A DNA stretch of 59,947 nt, the filler included, from Sphacelaria rigidula (Eukaryota): NCBI GenBank assembly GCA_964200075.2. It is 10 parts of 10 records of this genome, joined end to end, with 100 filler letters (N's around TTAATTAATTAA, not from the genome) between each part and the next. Parts side by side here need not be neighbours in the genome. Positions count along the whole stretch, not along the records: positions 1 to 5,905 come from CAXNAA020023598.1; positions 6,006 to 11,910 come from CAXNAA020023599.1; positions 12,011 to 17,915 come from CAXNAA020023600.1; 7 more parts are not named here. One strand, given 5' to 3'. Below the pieces are notes generated by a model that worked only from the letters and a program-made list of their open reading frames with translations, ran no database searches and was not told where the DNA came from. The translations under genes and the position numbers were made by a program. Of this stretch, positions 1 through 12,875 are shown piece after piece; position 1 is the first letter of the stretch; every line of letters starts with the position of its first letter.

Positions 1-357
1 GTACGGCAAACTTCATCGCACAAAGGCCAAAAACTTCACGCCGTTTCAAGGAGTTGGACCCGGAAATTTTGCACAGCTGTGCTTTGGAACATTACGCAAT
101 GTTGCAGGAACGGTGTTTTTCGATTTATCTTTTGTTATCGTTTTACGGGGGCCTGATTGGGTCGAGGTTTCCCCCCAAAAACTGGGACCCCCGAAAAACG
201 ATGAAAAAAGTCAAAAAGACGAAAAGCCCCGTTCCTGCCAAGTTGCATAATGACCCATAGAACATTCGTGCAAAATTTCAGGGTCTAACTCCTAAAAACG
301 GCGTGAAGTTTTGCCGATGAGTGTTTTTTGGGTGATACGCGTGAACCAGCCTGTACT
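1..357. mobile_element. Foldback/MITE-like palindromic element (left end truncated)
   Basis: Arm ~29-122 (aaaacttcacgccgtttcaaggagttggacccggaaattttgcac) is an imperfect reverse complement of ~220-316 (gtgcaaaatttcagggtctaactcctaaaaacggcgtgaagtttt). Confidence 0.7.
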
Positions 358-2343
358 GGCTTTTGGGCGTGGGGAAATGCTTCATGAAACGACGGTGCAG
401 GGGAGGTCCAAACACCGTCGTGTGGTTCGCTAGCTCATCATGACCGCAATTTTCTGGGACCCCGCACTATACTTCTATACCCATCACTTGATGTCGCGGA
501 TCACGTCTGCTGCAGTTGGTGAGTTAAACAAGCAAATATTACGTGAATGTTCAAACCCGCGGTCTAGTATCACGAATTGGCGAAACCCGTTTTATGTAGT
601 GACGGTCTGTAACCAGGTGATCGTTGATTTTGGGGCCATGTGCAATGGCGATGAGCCTAGGGGCTGAGCAGAAGAAGTTTTATGAAGGTAAAGTGAACTG
701 TATCGTTGAAGAGCTTGGGATGCGAGCTACACCAGGTGCCCACTTTGATTTTTGGATCAGTAGAGTCCATGACCTCGAGATTCGAAGTTGGAAATGTAAC
801 CTTTTTCCCGTCTAGGTTGGTTCAGGTGAAGAAGGATACTGGGCTGTCACGGGGGTGGTCGGGAAAACACAATACCTTCAAAATTTAGCGCAAAGTGTCC
901 GCAGCGGAAAGTGATAACTCCACCACCAAAAGACCATGATGGCTAGAGCAGTGTTACTAGAAACGTATAGTCCTCTTACAGTCATGGGTTCTCGGTAATC
1001 TATCTTCACCTCGTAACGACATGTATATATCGAGTTCTGAACTCGATTAACAGAAGAAGTGGGAGATGCCTTCGTAAACGAAGTTGCTGTTGTTGCGGAG
1101 GGTGAAGGGAAAGCGAAAAATACCGCATGTGCTTACACTGTGTGCTTGGAAAGCATCGACACACAGATATTCACAGCCTTCGCAAAGTAGCTCTCCAGCT
1201 TGCCCTGGCCAAGTTGGCGATGACAGGCCTCGTGTGATACGAATCCGTTCGGTATTTTTGCGGCAACGAAATTTTGCATGCGCTCACTGCTGGGACGGTG
1301 CAAAGTGCGATCCTCGCACTGTGGCAGCTGCATGCCGCACTGTGCGATTGTACCATATTTATTGTGCTGTACTCCAGCGTCACGAGAGAATATTATCGCT
1401 GTACTGTATGCACGTACTAAATTTAGTGCGCAGGGCAAATAATTGTCAGCAAGTATATGCTACCGCTGCCGTACTCACAACAAAAAGAAATATCAGCCGC
1501 CCTCTCAAGTCGTCTTTGACAGCACGAAATATGGACCCAGTGAATACTTGTGATGACACATGGAGTAGCCTTGTGTTGAGGTGGCGCTTGTTGCAGCGTG
1601 CGATTATGTAGACGTAGGTGCTGTGTGGGCAACTGAGTCGTAGATTGTGCTGGGTTATGATGCTGGGCAGCGCGTCGTCGTGACGCGTTGTATGTACACT
1701 GCGCTCTTCACTTGTCGCGCGCTTTCGTGGCCCCCCAGACATTTGATGGTTCGGACTGAACAGAAAAAAATCACCGACGCAGTCAGCAACTCTCTGGATG
1801 GGTAGCGAGAAGGACTGCCTCTCTCATGATTCAATCAGGAAAATTAGATCGGGTCCCTGTTGCCGTCCAGCTCCAAAAGACGTTTGGGGAAAAGTGGTTT
1901 TCTAACTACTGCGTGGTGTGTTTTCCCGATTCCGCGTACCTGGTCCAAAATATCACCTTTTAGGCGAAAAATTCGAAGATACCCCGTTTCTACACTGAGG
2001 CTCAGAGTGTACTGTTGATTTGAACGCTCTCCCTTGGTTGACATGACCACTTCGCACGGGAACAGGATGCAAATAAATATAACATCACTTTGGAGCGCCC
2101 TCTTGCCGTGCAAAAAAACGAAATCACCGTTCAGTTCTGTATGTTAGGGTGCAGCTTACGTTTTTCATCGCTGTTATGGAACCCTCCTCTCGTATCCCCA
2201 GATCAGATCCCTTACTATCGCAAGGCTTGGAAAAGAGGAAAATATGGAAGTAGAAAAAGTGGAGGGCAACCAACGGGTGGTATACCTTCAGTTTTGGCAT
2301 CACTCCCGAAAACAATCTTCCAACCCGAATATGGCCGGGAAGA

Positions 2344-2596
2344 GGGGGGGGTACTCATGATTATGCATGCCATGGTCATACGACCGTTGACCTGGCGTCC
2401 CTACAAAGCCGGGACGGAGCACGCCGGGTTTTCGCCGGACCAGGCTTCCACTCAATCACCAAGCGCGAAGCGCCGTGGTGTACTCGGCGCGTCGCAGTAA
2501 GTGTGAGCTGCATCCTGCAAAGATTGTTCGGCCCGAAGCGTACCGCTAGTGTTTCGCATTTGGATGACAGCCTCCAATAAGATGCTTCATTTTCTG
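2344..2596 (-). repeat. Dispersed repeat family A (probable non-LTR retroelement 3' end, next to G/C tracts); other copies ~13690-13940, 14200-14257, 18016-18088, 23748-23905, 28681-28780, 48945-49128
   Basis: The shared core gggtactcatgat..atgcatgccat.gtcat..gacc.ttgacctcgc.tccctacaaagc..ggacggagcacgccggg is seen about 7 times in 5 contigs, with one fixed end and one variable end. Confidence 0.85.
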
Positions 2597-3442
2597 CTTC
2601 ATTACTGCACGATTTTTCTAGTCAGCATGTCTTCATGATTCTGCATGACAAGTTCCAAATAAAAAATCTGAATATTGAGCTGAAGAACTGAGATGAGGTC
2701 CGAGAGCATCGTCCATTTCCCCTCAAAACTCCCTTGAAAAACGAAAAAAACAACGAAAACATGAAAAAACAAAAAAAGCTGATTATTCCCTTCATTATGC
2801 GCAAGCGATTCTCCTTACGAAATTTCAAATCACAACTCTCAAAAACTGAGACGCGATATCCAGATTTAGTGCTTCTAGTGTTTCCATAACGATGCTACTT
2901 GACCGGAACCCGAGGGAGATCGTAATTCCTGACTTTCCCTCCTCGTTGCCATCGGCTCTTCATTTTTTTGTTCTTCTTGTCTTCTTTGGATCTCCCTATC
3001 TGACGTTGTTCAGTCTCCGGTGCGCAGGCTCTGTAAAGAAGCTCTTTGAGCAGCACTTTACACAGTAGATCTATCGTGGGATTGGTCTCTGTTCTACGCG
3101 ACCGTTCCGGTTATCGGCCTACTCGCTGTTACTATTTTGTGTATACACCAGTTCGTGGCAAGGTAGTCGGAGAGATCGTACGCGAAGGCTTTTTTAGATT
3201 CCAGTAGGTCTCCTGTAGTTCAATCGGTCTTCCACGTATCTATCGTAGTGTAGGTGCTTTTTTTTCGTGTACTGTATATGTTTTATTTCTTGCCTTCCTC
3301 TGCGGGCTCTTTGATCTATGAGTATGGGTGGTATGCTCCATGCACTCTTGTGACCACCGATTCGACAGATCGAGCTAATGTGATGAACATGATGATAATA
3401 AGTGCCTCTGCTCATAATATATTGTTTTTAGTATGAAGGCTT

Positions 3443-3746
3443 ATGTGCGCCATATCTCGGAAGAGACAACAAAATAGGCGAAGCTGGGGGTATCAATCGT
3501 CTCCCCGTGCTCCGGGGTATGTCCACACCAAAAATCGTCATCATCCGCTCTACACGTCGTTCGGGGTTTTATATAGACCTTATTATGGACGCTATCTCCG
3601 TGCTGTATGGGAATTACTAGACATGAGAGTTAATCAACGAGGAATAATTGTTCCAGACTTTTGAGCAGATGGGCACCTTCCTCTTGATCAGACGGCTAAT
3701 GTGATGTGCAGATCACGGCCCAACTCGTCTGTGTCGATGAAATATG
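3443..3746. repeat. Dispersed repeat family B; homologous to 55445-55750, partly 38360-38452 and 40680-40775; upstream part 2670-2880 matches 55230-55405
   Basis: Colinear similarity: atgtgcgccatatctcg...ccccgtgctcc...gagcagatg.gcaccttc.c.ttgat.agacg...gatcacggcccaac.cgtctgt. Confidence 0.8.
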
Positions 3747-4519
3747 AGGCAAGGGCTGAAGGAAAGCTCGTAGACTCGATACCGTGGTACCACGACTGGC
3801 GGAAGGACTCGCCAAGGCAAACGAAATCGCTTCACAACCACCACTGTCGGGGCCATCACCAATAGCTCCGTCTTCGCTAATGAGTGCTTGGTTTCGGTCG
3901 TGTGTTTTTCGTGTGATCTGTGCTCTCATGCTTCAGCGTGCACGTGTCCACCGTCTAAACAACTGCAGGGTCCTTGAAAAAATAGTTGAGAGAAAAAATA
4001 TCCAACATGAAAGGGAAGCAGAAAAAGTCTTCAGTGGCCTGGCGGGGAATGAAGCCCCGACGTATTCACCAGATATTGATTGTACACGTTTACCACTCTT
4101 CTATTGAGGTAACGTGATATCGACTGATTTCAGCTGTTCATTTTGCTATGTTGCACAGCAACCGGGAGCAATACATTTGCGCGGTATTTGTTTGGATGGT
4201 GTCGAGAAGTCACAGGAGTGCCAGTATTTGCGCGTCAATTGTTTGGACGGCAGTGAGAGAGTATGATATGCTAGGTAATAGTGTGGATAGGAACGGGAGA
4301 ATGTCACTAGCTTGGAAATGATCATTTCGCCCATCATGGTAGCGTACCATTCGCCAATGAACGTGCTTTTACCGTGGTAGTCCCACGTGGTAAAGTTACC
4401 GAAGTGAGCTCTGTCAAAAGCCATGGGTGAAAATTGATAAAGGTGAGGAGTCCGAGAAAACTGTTCTGCATTGTCCACGATTTCTTGCACGACGTAAAAA
4501 TTTGCAAGGCTGTGATGTC

Positions 4520-5255
4520 TAGGATACGACTTTTCGTATGCCCGGGGTGTTTACGCAGGTAATATCCGTACCCGAAAGTTTTGTGATTTCTGTCCCTCAT
4601 ACCGGTACCCGATAGTTGTGTAAGATGTGTATTGAATGCTTAACCTTACCCGGGTCTGCCGTCGTAGAAATGATCGGTTGCGGGTGAGGGTTTCTGTACA
4701 ACCTTCACCCCGTTCCAGACAGTGCTGTAGATCCTGTGGTAAATGTCACACTCTACCGAACATACCCGTACCTACACCTTGGAAAATCGTTCCTCTTTAA
4801 CCGTCCTCGGAAGAATAAACAATACCAAAATCAAGTCCAAACCCAACCATGTGCGAACACCGTAATGTATCGAAGCATGGTTTCGGAATATTTCGAGGCC
4901 ACTTTCTCCTGTAGAGTACGATATTTTGTATACACGGGGTATTTTTCTGGGTATTGCTCGTATCCATCGGGTTGTGTGAGTTCTGTAAGCCTTCCATACC
5001 CGTACCCAACAGTACTGTTTGCTCTGTAAACCTCCCATACAACCCGGCAGTTCTGTAAGATCTGTGAAATACTTGCCCTTACCAACGCGTCTACCCTTGT
5101 AGAAATACCCGGTTGCGAGTGTTTCTGTACAACCTTTACACCATACGGGACAGGTTCTCTTAGTACTGCAAGGCTTCCATACCGGTGCCCGATAGTTGTG
5201 CAAGTTTTGCAAGAAATGCCACACCCTACCGAACATACCCGTACCCTACGGATCA
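4520..5255. repeat. Complex repeat built from TACCCGTACCC/ATACCGGTACCCGATAGTTGTG modules (MITE-like)
   Basis: Repeated motifs: ctaccgaacatacccgtacc (~4753, ~5226), cataccggt.cccgatagttgtg (~4598, ~5178) and tttctgtacaacctt (~4691, ~5122). Confidence 0.65.
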
Positions 5256-5905
5256 CAAACGTGATGATTCGCTGTCAACAATTTGAGTTATCAACAACTT
5301 GACGAAGTATCATTTTCACTCTAAAAGTATGGTGTATTTCGAAACAAGCCCATCCTGCAGCTCATTTTTTAATTTTCAACTCTCATCTCGAGACGCTTCG
5401 ACACCCAGGGGGAATAGCGTGTCGAAAAATAACTGATTCACCCTCCATGATGTTTCTGCTGAGTGTCGAACTGTCTCAAGTCATGGGTCAGGAAAAAAAA
5501 ATGGGCAAAAGATGAGCTAATGTCATGTTATCTTCACTCCGAATGCGCACGTCTCTGCACTTTCTTGATTGACAACTCTTGGTTATCATCGAGAAGCGGA
5601 CAAATAAGCAAACCATTGCTTTCACTAAGAAAAATCGAGATTTCTTCACCATATGACACCCTCCCCAAGACGTGAAATCATTGTGAAATTACTGATGTAG
5701 TGTATTCGTTTTCATCGACTTTTTTCTTCCAAGACGGCAAGATTTTCATATTGCGCATATGGGGATATGTCGAGAACTTGAGGTGTCGTGAACTTCATCG
5801 AGAACAGGTCAGCTCATGCTTTTTTATTCTTCCACTCGCCAGCATGCTTAGGTACGAGCTGGGCCAGCTGTAAAGAGAACATTTCCCGAGAACACCACAA
5901 CTTCT

Positions 5906-6005
5906 NNNNNNNNNNNNNNNNNNNNNNNNNNNNNNNNNNNNNNNNNNNNTTAATTAATTAANNNNNNNNNNNNNNNNNNNNNNNNNNNNNNNNNNNNNNN
6001 NNNNN
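5906..6005. other. Artificial contig spacer (44N-TTAATTAATTAA-44N); identical spacers at 11911-12010, 17916-18015, 23921-24020, 29926-30025, 35931-36030, 41936-42035, 47940-48039, 53944-54043
   Basis: Nine identical 100-bp blocks carrying a six-frame stop linker. They separate segments of 5905 bp (x7) then 5904 bp (x3), i.e. length-sorted contigs. Confidence 0.98.
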
Positions 6006-9000
6006 GCCGCTGCTGTTCGAAATATATCCTAATTCCAAACTTGGAATATAGTTGAGAAAGGATTCACTTCGAAGAGCTTCACCTGTACAGACAATCCTAT
6101 ATATACACTGTATATCGCAGATGGAATTTGTACACCAAGAACACCTGAAATTAGGTGGAGAAAGAACTTGCTCGCGAGCAGCTTCAGCTGTTCAAGTCCT
6201 ATTTACTGCACGCAAGCTTTTGTTGCAGCTGACGCCATTTTGACAATTGATAATTGACCTCGCTAATAGATCCATACACCTGATGAAAACCCCGTAGTCC
6301 CGCGTCGACGAAACTAACACAATATACAGGGGATAATGAAACATCGATCTTATCGCATACTGCGTAATCAGGATGTATATTCACAACAACAAACTATACT
6401 GGACTGTACAATACCGTTGCATGCGAGACAGTGCGCTATACCGCCGTGCTTATACGTGCGGCGCCATGTACTGCAGATGGCTGGCTATAAATACAATGTA
6501 TAGATGCCTGCAGCCTATTTTGATATATGGGGCGGGTGTTATATACCGTCACGAACTCCAGTTTTTCACGCGCCCGTTCCACGTCAAATATTTGCGCGCA
6601 CAGCTGCTGCAGCACAGTAAGTAGGGCGTGCGAAAGGGAAGGGGAAACGTATACAGTACAGACAGCGCAGGACAATGTGTATATGTATGTTCTCTACCTA
6701 CAGTGCGACGTGAAAAGGACTTGAACAACGTGCAGCATATCGTATACGCGCGGCCTGTATATGCTGCACTACACTATATGTTATATCGCGGTGCGTCCAC
6801 GATCCGCAGCATGGATATGATGGTGAGTATGTGTATATGCATACCATATAGGCGGCCGGTTGATTGTTGTTCTTCGCACCCGTGCCTGCTGATACGCACC
6901 CCGCGTATGTCGTCGCCGCGCGATGTCGCGACCATGAAAGAAGTAGGTGCTCAAGTTTCCACCAACGAGAAACACATCATATCCACCCGCGCCGCACGGC
7001 AGTGCGTGTATGTGTCTATATCCCTGTGCCCAACCCGTGCTCTTTGCTGCGGGGTTGTGGTCGTATAGCTGGGCAGAACAATAGCACCGTTATGCGGGCG
7101 GATGCTTTTGGTAATGTTCAATTTGTGTGCTGTAATAAATACACGAAGTGATGGTCCAGATATATACTATTCATATACGATTTATTATGAGTAATATTTT
7201 CTAAACATGGTTAGTGTTGGTAGAAGACGGGAGACGGGGTTTTGGGGGAAAAGTAATTATGTGCACGAGGTATATCTCATCCTGCAGCATATTCCCACCT
7301 TCCCAGGGACTTCACGCGAAGCACAGGTGTGGACATACCCACGCATCCAACGTGTGGGATCTCTGTTCGGCGAAAGCGGTAGAGAGCTATTCATCCTTCA
7401 GCCCATGTATACATGGACTCGGGCGTAGAAGGATGAATATCTTTCAGCAACTTTGTCTGCGTCTCGGATCCCATGCGCCGGTGATGATGCAGTATGCGGG
7501 ATTTGCCCAGCAGCTGACGCTGCTCGCCATGAATTTTGTTCCCCCCAATCTCTGGATGAATTGGAGGGAAAAGTATATATTCATTTCGAGCTTCTTCTGC
7601 CGGTCAAATCCTGAATCTGCCAGTGTGAATGGGATTTGCGCAGCAAAAAGAGCTGTTCGAAATAGATCCTTTTTCGCTCATCTCGAAAATGGGCGAAAAA
7701 AGGATCGATCTTGAACAGCTTCTTCTGCCGTTCTAAATAAATCCTTTCCTTTGCCGAAATTAATCGGGCGAGAAAAGGATCTGTTTTGGATCTAGCTTGA
7801 TCTGCTGTCCGAAATATATTCGTTTTCGCTCGACTCAAATCGGGTGAAGAGGAACTTACCTCGGACAGGAGGACAAGGTATTGAAGATATATAAATTTTA
7901 CAGATTTTGTACCAAAATATTCGGAATTTTCGAAAAAAAACACTTCAGGTTTTTTCACCAAAACACTACCACATGACTGTGCAGGGCTTTGCCGACTTGC
8001 CTGCACAGCGCTGCAAATCCAACCCTGGGGAAAACCCTATCAAAACGCTGCTACGGGTACAGATTTTGCATTTCACTGTCAGGGTTTTTTCACAAAGACT
8101 GTGGAGGACCCTGTATGGACCCTGCACAGTGCGCCCCACAGGGTGCTATCTGTCCACGTGTGTATGCTGTATGGCTTTGTGTACCTTTTAACAAAATTCC
8201 GACACGATGCGCATGAGGTAATTCGTGAAGTCCCCATCATCCCCCCTCGACACCTCATTTTCCAATGAGCTGTCGACAAAAACGATATAGGAAAATCCGG
8301 TCCGAAATTTAGATCACCAATAACGTACAAAGAAAATAATAACAAAGGAGATGGGGAAACGGTAGAGGCCCCACCTATACCCGATGTATATCGTATCAAA
8401 TTTCGTGGAAAACAAATTGAAATTGAGCGGTGAAATCGCATTTTTCTGTCGAGAACCTGTTCATTTGCTGTTGGGATACAACAATCTCAGCCGGGACTTT
8501 GACTTTTTCTACAAGCGTTACGCCTTGGCGCGCCGGAGGTCTCGTCTGCGCGCCATCTCAGGCACGGCGCGCCTACAGTACGACATGCGTTCTTGTATGA
8601 CCACAATTGGTGCAGCACCATCACTGTGCGGCCGCGGCACAACATACTGTAAGCGCAAATGCCAATTCGGCCATTTTTCCCCCGTAATTATGCCGCATAG
8701 CCTGCGACACTCAATTCTCTACACTTCGCAGCTGACTGCGGCGCAGAGCTATGGCTAGATGTCCCTCGTGCCAAGGCGCCTAAGCGAAATCTGAATATCA
8801 AGACAAAAAGAGGAAGCAAAACAAAATACTCATGCTAGCCCACCTTGAGAAACCATCCTCTTCGTTGCAGGAGACATCTGACGGTGGGCTTGAACCATGA
8901 TCGCCGTGTCCGTGCCGCGCCTGCGGTCGATGTTGTGCACTGCACCCGTCCGGTGGTCGCCGTTCAGAACCCTGAAGGTCGTCGTCGCATTTCCCAGATG

Positions 9001-10294
9001 TCTTCGAGGTCGATATCGGAGGGGAGAGCATCGTTTAAAACAACAACAGGAGCGTATGCATCCCCAAACCCGTCTTTCTCTATCGATGCCTCCAACGTTT
9101 TCAAGCCCAACTCTCTCTGCAATCTACCGATGCTCGTAAGCGTCAGTCTAGAGGCTGAGATCTTTCTAGTGCAGAAAAAAAGGGGTCGAGCAGTTTGCTT
9201 ACGCCTACAGCAGCAGGCATGACTTCCGTCGCCATAACCCTGGGCGCGCACGAGAGGGAGAAACGCTGACCCACACCCGGATAATGAGGTGGAGAAAGGG
9301 AGAGGAGCTGAATGATAAGGGGTGGGGGTGACGAAAATAGTCAGATGCGGGTGGTATTAGGCGGCGGGTTTTGCTGTCAATACGTTTCAAGCACGAAACA
9401 CGATCACCTGTTTTTGTACCCACGTGCGTCGGCTGCACTGGCGTTTCTTACAGCGTCAGACAGAGTGAATAGCCTAGATGGAATAAAACTTCAATCGACG
9501 GTGGCGTTGTTCCGGGCTATCCATTCGAATCGAAGTTGAACTGTTGCCAGCTGCTGAACCACGTGGCAGTTCCTCTTTTATTTCATTGGATGGGTTTCAA
9601 CTGATGCCAGCAACGTGTGGTTGAACACGGGTCGGGTACCGATGGATCAATTAGCTACAGAACCAGGTTCGTCTGAGAAACGTATTGAGTATAATTCAAA
9701 AGGATTCGACTTCCCAACCGTTGCCCGTTGCCCTCTCCACCCCCCCTCCCTTCCGTTCCCACAACTACCTGGCCTGCATCACCAACCACCTGGCACCTGA
9801 AGCGAAGGCTGCACGTGGCCAAGATCGGCGTCACGTAGTCAAGGCCATCCCATTGGCCTTTTGTCTCTCCAGTCGCATGTGCCTTTTGCCCACCATGTAC
9901 GCGGTAAGTCTCGCCAGATTCAATTGTTGAAAGCTTCCGCTGCTGACGCTGAAACAGTTTGTCTCGTTTCTTCCAGCAATCGAATCCCATCAAACGCCAC
10001 GTGACGCATGACGCAGGCGAGTGCAACCCATGCCAATTTTTGAGAATGTCGTGGTATTGTACGGAAGGGACAGCTAGCTGTGCATTCATTTCTGCTAGTC
10101 CAAACATGCACGGAGCAGTCGTGCCCTTGTAACGTAGGCGCCATGACAACGCCATATAACAACACGCCACCTCTGTGTCACGGCCTCTGTAGACGATTGC
10201 ACCCTTGCTGACCATTGCTTCGCGCCTCTCCCTTTGATGCTGCGGTTCCTGCGTTGTTGGATGATAAGGACGTCAAACATCGAGAGCCGCCAAC

Positions 10295-11298
10295 ATGATG
10301 GCCAAGATGATTGCCTGTGCCACTCCGAGCCTTCTCCTCTGCATAGCCATCGACGGCGCCGACCAGTCAGCCTTCGCCACGCCATTCTTCTGCCAAGAGA
10401 CCAAAAACACAGTGTGGGGGTGGGAGATGCGTCTCAAGTTCATTGGCGCTCTTGTTTCCGGGCGTATGTGCATGTTCTATACACTGGGCACCAACTGGGA
10501 GTCAGGTTAGTCGGTAGGCACGATATGTACTTCTGTAAAACAAGTGTCGTCCCGTATTTCTGGTGGCTCCCATCACCCCTTCGGTGCGCCAGCACATTCG
10601 GGTATGCGCCAATTTATAGGTACTTGTGTTGGCTGTACGACTAAATCGTAGAGGTACTAGGCGGCGTCACACGAGCGACGGAACCGCATAGGGGCCTGTT
10701 CATGTTGACTCTGTGCGCACCTCGTGCGGCGCGGCGCGTCTGCTAATTTGTGTCGGTAGAAGGCTGCAGCAGTCGCTCTCCCTCATTAACGGTGAAGTTG
10801 GCGACCATTTATATCTGTAGATGTATGCGCGTGGCACTTTGCTTTTCGTACGTGATGCAACGCGTTGCATGAACTTGTCGCGGACTTCGGTCTGTACATT
10901 TTACTCTTCACTTGTTGCAGAGTCTAATCTGACCATTCAAGTGCTACACAGCACCCTTTTGAAGCTCATGGACGATCTTAAAGAAGAACAACGTTTCCCG
11001 AGACGGCTTTGGCTCCAAATGGACAACTGCAACAGGTACATTCCAACTACACTGTGGCGAACCCTAGCCTGTGACACCCTCGTGCCCTGGAGTCGTTATT
11101 CCGATGGTGTGCACACTTTCCAGTCGCTTTCGGTTTCTCTTCGCGACCAACCTGAAATGCACCCATACCAGCGCTTGTTGTTCTACCCCCGAGTTTCTCC
11201 TTTCATCTCCTTCCTTGGACCGCCCCAAACTCACGCGTATCTCCAGGGAAAACAAGAACAGATTCTTCCTACACACGTGTGCAGTCTGCGCCCAGTGA
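10295..11298 (+). pseudogene. Intron-containing DDE-type transposase remnant (Sola-like / DUF7869-type); exons ~10295-10505, 10921-11035, 11247-~11298
   Basis: Splicing at GT-AG sites joins in frame LCIAIDGADQSAFATPFF...NWES|ESNLTIQVLH...RRLWLQMDNCNR|ENKNRFFL. These match the IDG.DQ, SNLTI and LQ.DNC.RENKN motifs I recognise from this transposase family. The frame ends prematurely at a repeat array. Confidence 0.75.
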
Positions 11299-11299
11299 A

Positions 11300-11590
11300 G
11301 CACCTGTACAGGGTTTGGGGCGCGAGTACCCTGTACAGTGTTCCCGCCTGCACCCTGCGGAGCACCTATACGGGGTTTTGCCACCCTGTGTAGGGTTGGG
11401 GCGCGAATACCCTGTACAGTGTTCCCGCCTGCACCCTGCGGAGCACCTATCCGGGGCTTTGCCACCCTGCGCAGTGTCTGGGGCGAGAATACACTGTACA
11501 GTGTTTCACACATGGACACTCTGCACCCTGAGGAGACCCTCCACAGGGTATCGCCACCCTGCGCAGGGTTTCGGGCAAGCACACCCTGTT
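11300..11590. repeat. Tandem repeat, ~81-bp unit x ~2.5-3, probably transposon subterminal
   Basis: ggggcgcga.taccctgtacagtgttcccgcctgcaccctgcggagcacctat recurs at ~11317 and ~11398, and in degenerate form at ~11480. Confidence 0.85.
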
Positions 11591-11840
11591 GAGTGTTTCA
11601 ATTTTACCCAACACAGGGCCCTCGCCTCCAGGTTGAAAGACTGGGGAATACATGGTGAGAAAGAAGGATGGTAAAAACGGTCGCAGTGGGAGTCGATCCC
11701 ACGCCCGTTGACGGCGGTAGCGATATTTGGGCTGTTGAACTACATTACAGAAGTCACATGCAAGATCCCGCCCCGAAAAATGTTGACCTTCTAATGCAGA
11801 CTGTATGTAGTTTTTCAATACATTATGCATATACGGATGT

Positions 11841-11910
11841 AAACAGTGTTTTCGTGAGATTGAGAGTAGATGATACGATTGAGAGTGGATTTGATCATTC
11901 ACTTCAAGTG
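11841..11910. mobile_element. MITE terminus (AACAGTGTTTTCGTGAGATTGAGAGTAG), contig end; same family 41834-41935 and a two-ended copy at ~20234-20517
   Basis: Near-identical sequence at two contig ends. The ~20234-20517 copy starts aacaacgtttccgtgagattgagagt and ends actctcaatctcacgaaaacgttgtt (TIRs). Confidence 0.75.
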
Positions 11911-12679
11911 NNNNNNNNNNNNNNNNNNNNNNNNNNNNNNNNNNNNNNNNNNNNTTAATTAATTAANNNNNNNNNNNNNNNNNNNNNNNNNNNNNNNNNN
12001 NNNNNNNNNNCCCTAGAGGTGGTCAAGAATGAGGAAAATCGAAAAATGGTGTCCAAAAATCTGTTTTTCCCTCTTTCTTCGCCATAATATGGATTGAACG
12101 GTACCTTCACCACCACGATGTTGGCCTGTACCCGAGCAGCCGAAAACCGAGGAGTTTGGACATATCAATTGTTTTAGCGGTCGCAAGAAAGAGAACTCTG
12201 CCGTTGGATTATGACGTTTCAGCCAAGGTGACAGCTGGAAGACTACTTTTGGGTAGGTGTTATGGTTTTGAGGCCGCACTGCTGGAGAGAGCCGCGTACT
12301 CAAGACATGAACCCGGGGGCGTTCTGTTTGTCGATCAAGGAAAGTGTACCACGTGTCGTACGTGTTGCTGAGTGACCCCAGAGGTACACTACTACTGTGA
12401 CTTGACTGTACGATTTCAATCGGCATGAAAATGTTCTCACAGTACTCCCCCATGGTACCAATCAATTGTAAATTATTGAAGGATGATCACCTGATGCCCA
12501 CGTAGGCAGTGCCCGTGTCCGGACAGCTTCGTCGAGGGGCAATCCCTAAAGGTCGGCATACTGCACAACAACACAGGTAAAAGCGACAAATGAGAATCTC
12601 GTGCAGATGATGTCGCCAAAGGAAGTAGTAGCGAACGAGTCACAGTTCTGTATTTTTCATCCATGCTAGCATTATATGT

Positions 12680-12875
12680 TCCGATAAAGTTCGACTTCAC
12701 GGTCGACAAGGGAAAGGGAGTGCTGGGCCCGTCTGTCAATAAAAAAATATATAAGGCAAGCACCGCAGAAGGAAGGTGGAGAACTAAAACAAATGAATAG
12801 ATAAAAACTCCGGTGTTGGCCTTCCTCTCGTGTGACCCCGACTGGTGCGCCCACATATACCGGAAGGTGTACAGA
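12680..12875 (+). mobile_element. SINE family 1 body fragment
   Basis: Reverse complement matches 26615-26815 (ccttccggtatatgtgggcgcaccagtcggggtcacac..gaggaaggccaacac). Confidence 0.75.

Noticed and set aside
540..1611. Several ORFs of 60-175 aa at the start of contig 1
   Set aside because: No recognisable motifs or consistent splice structure.
5950..5961. TTAATTAATTAA recurring every ~6005 bp like a regular array
   Set aside because: Artificial linker inside N spacers, not biological.
7869..7885. GAGG... as left TIR pairing with ...CCTC at 11623 for the spliced transposase element
   Set aside because: Only about 10 of 15 bases match and there is no matching TSD, so the element ends are left undefined.
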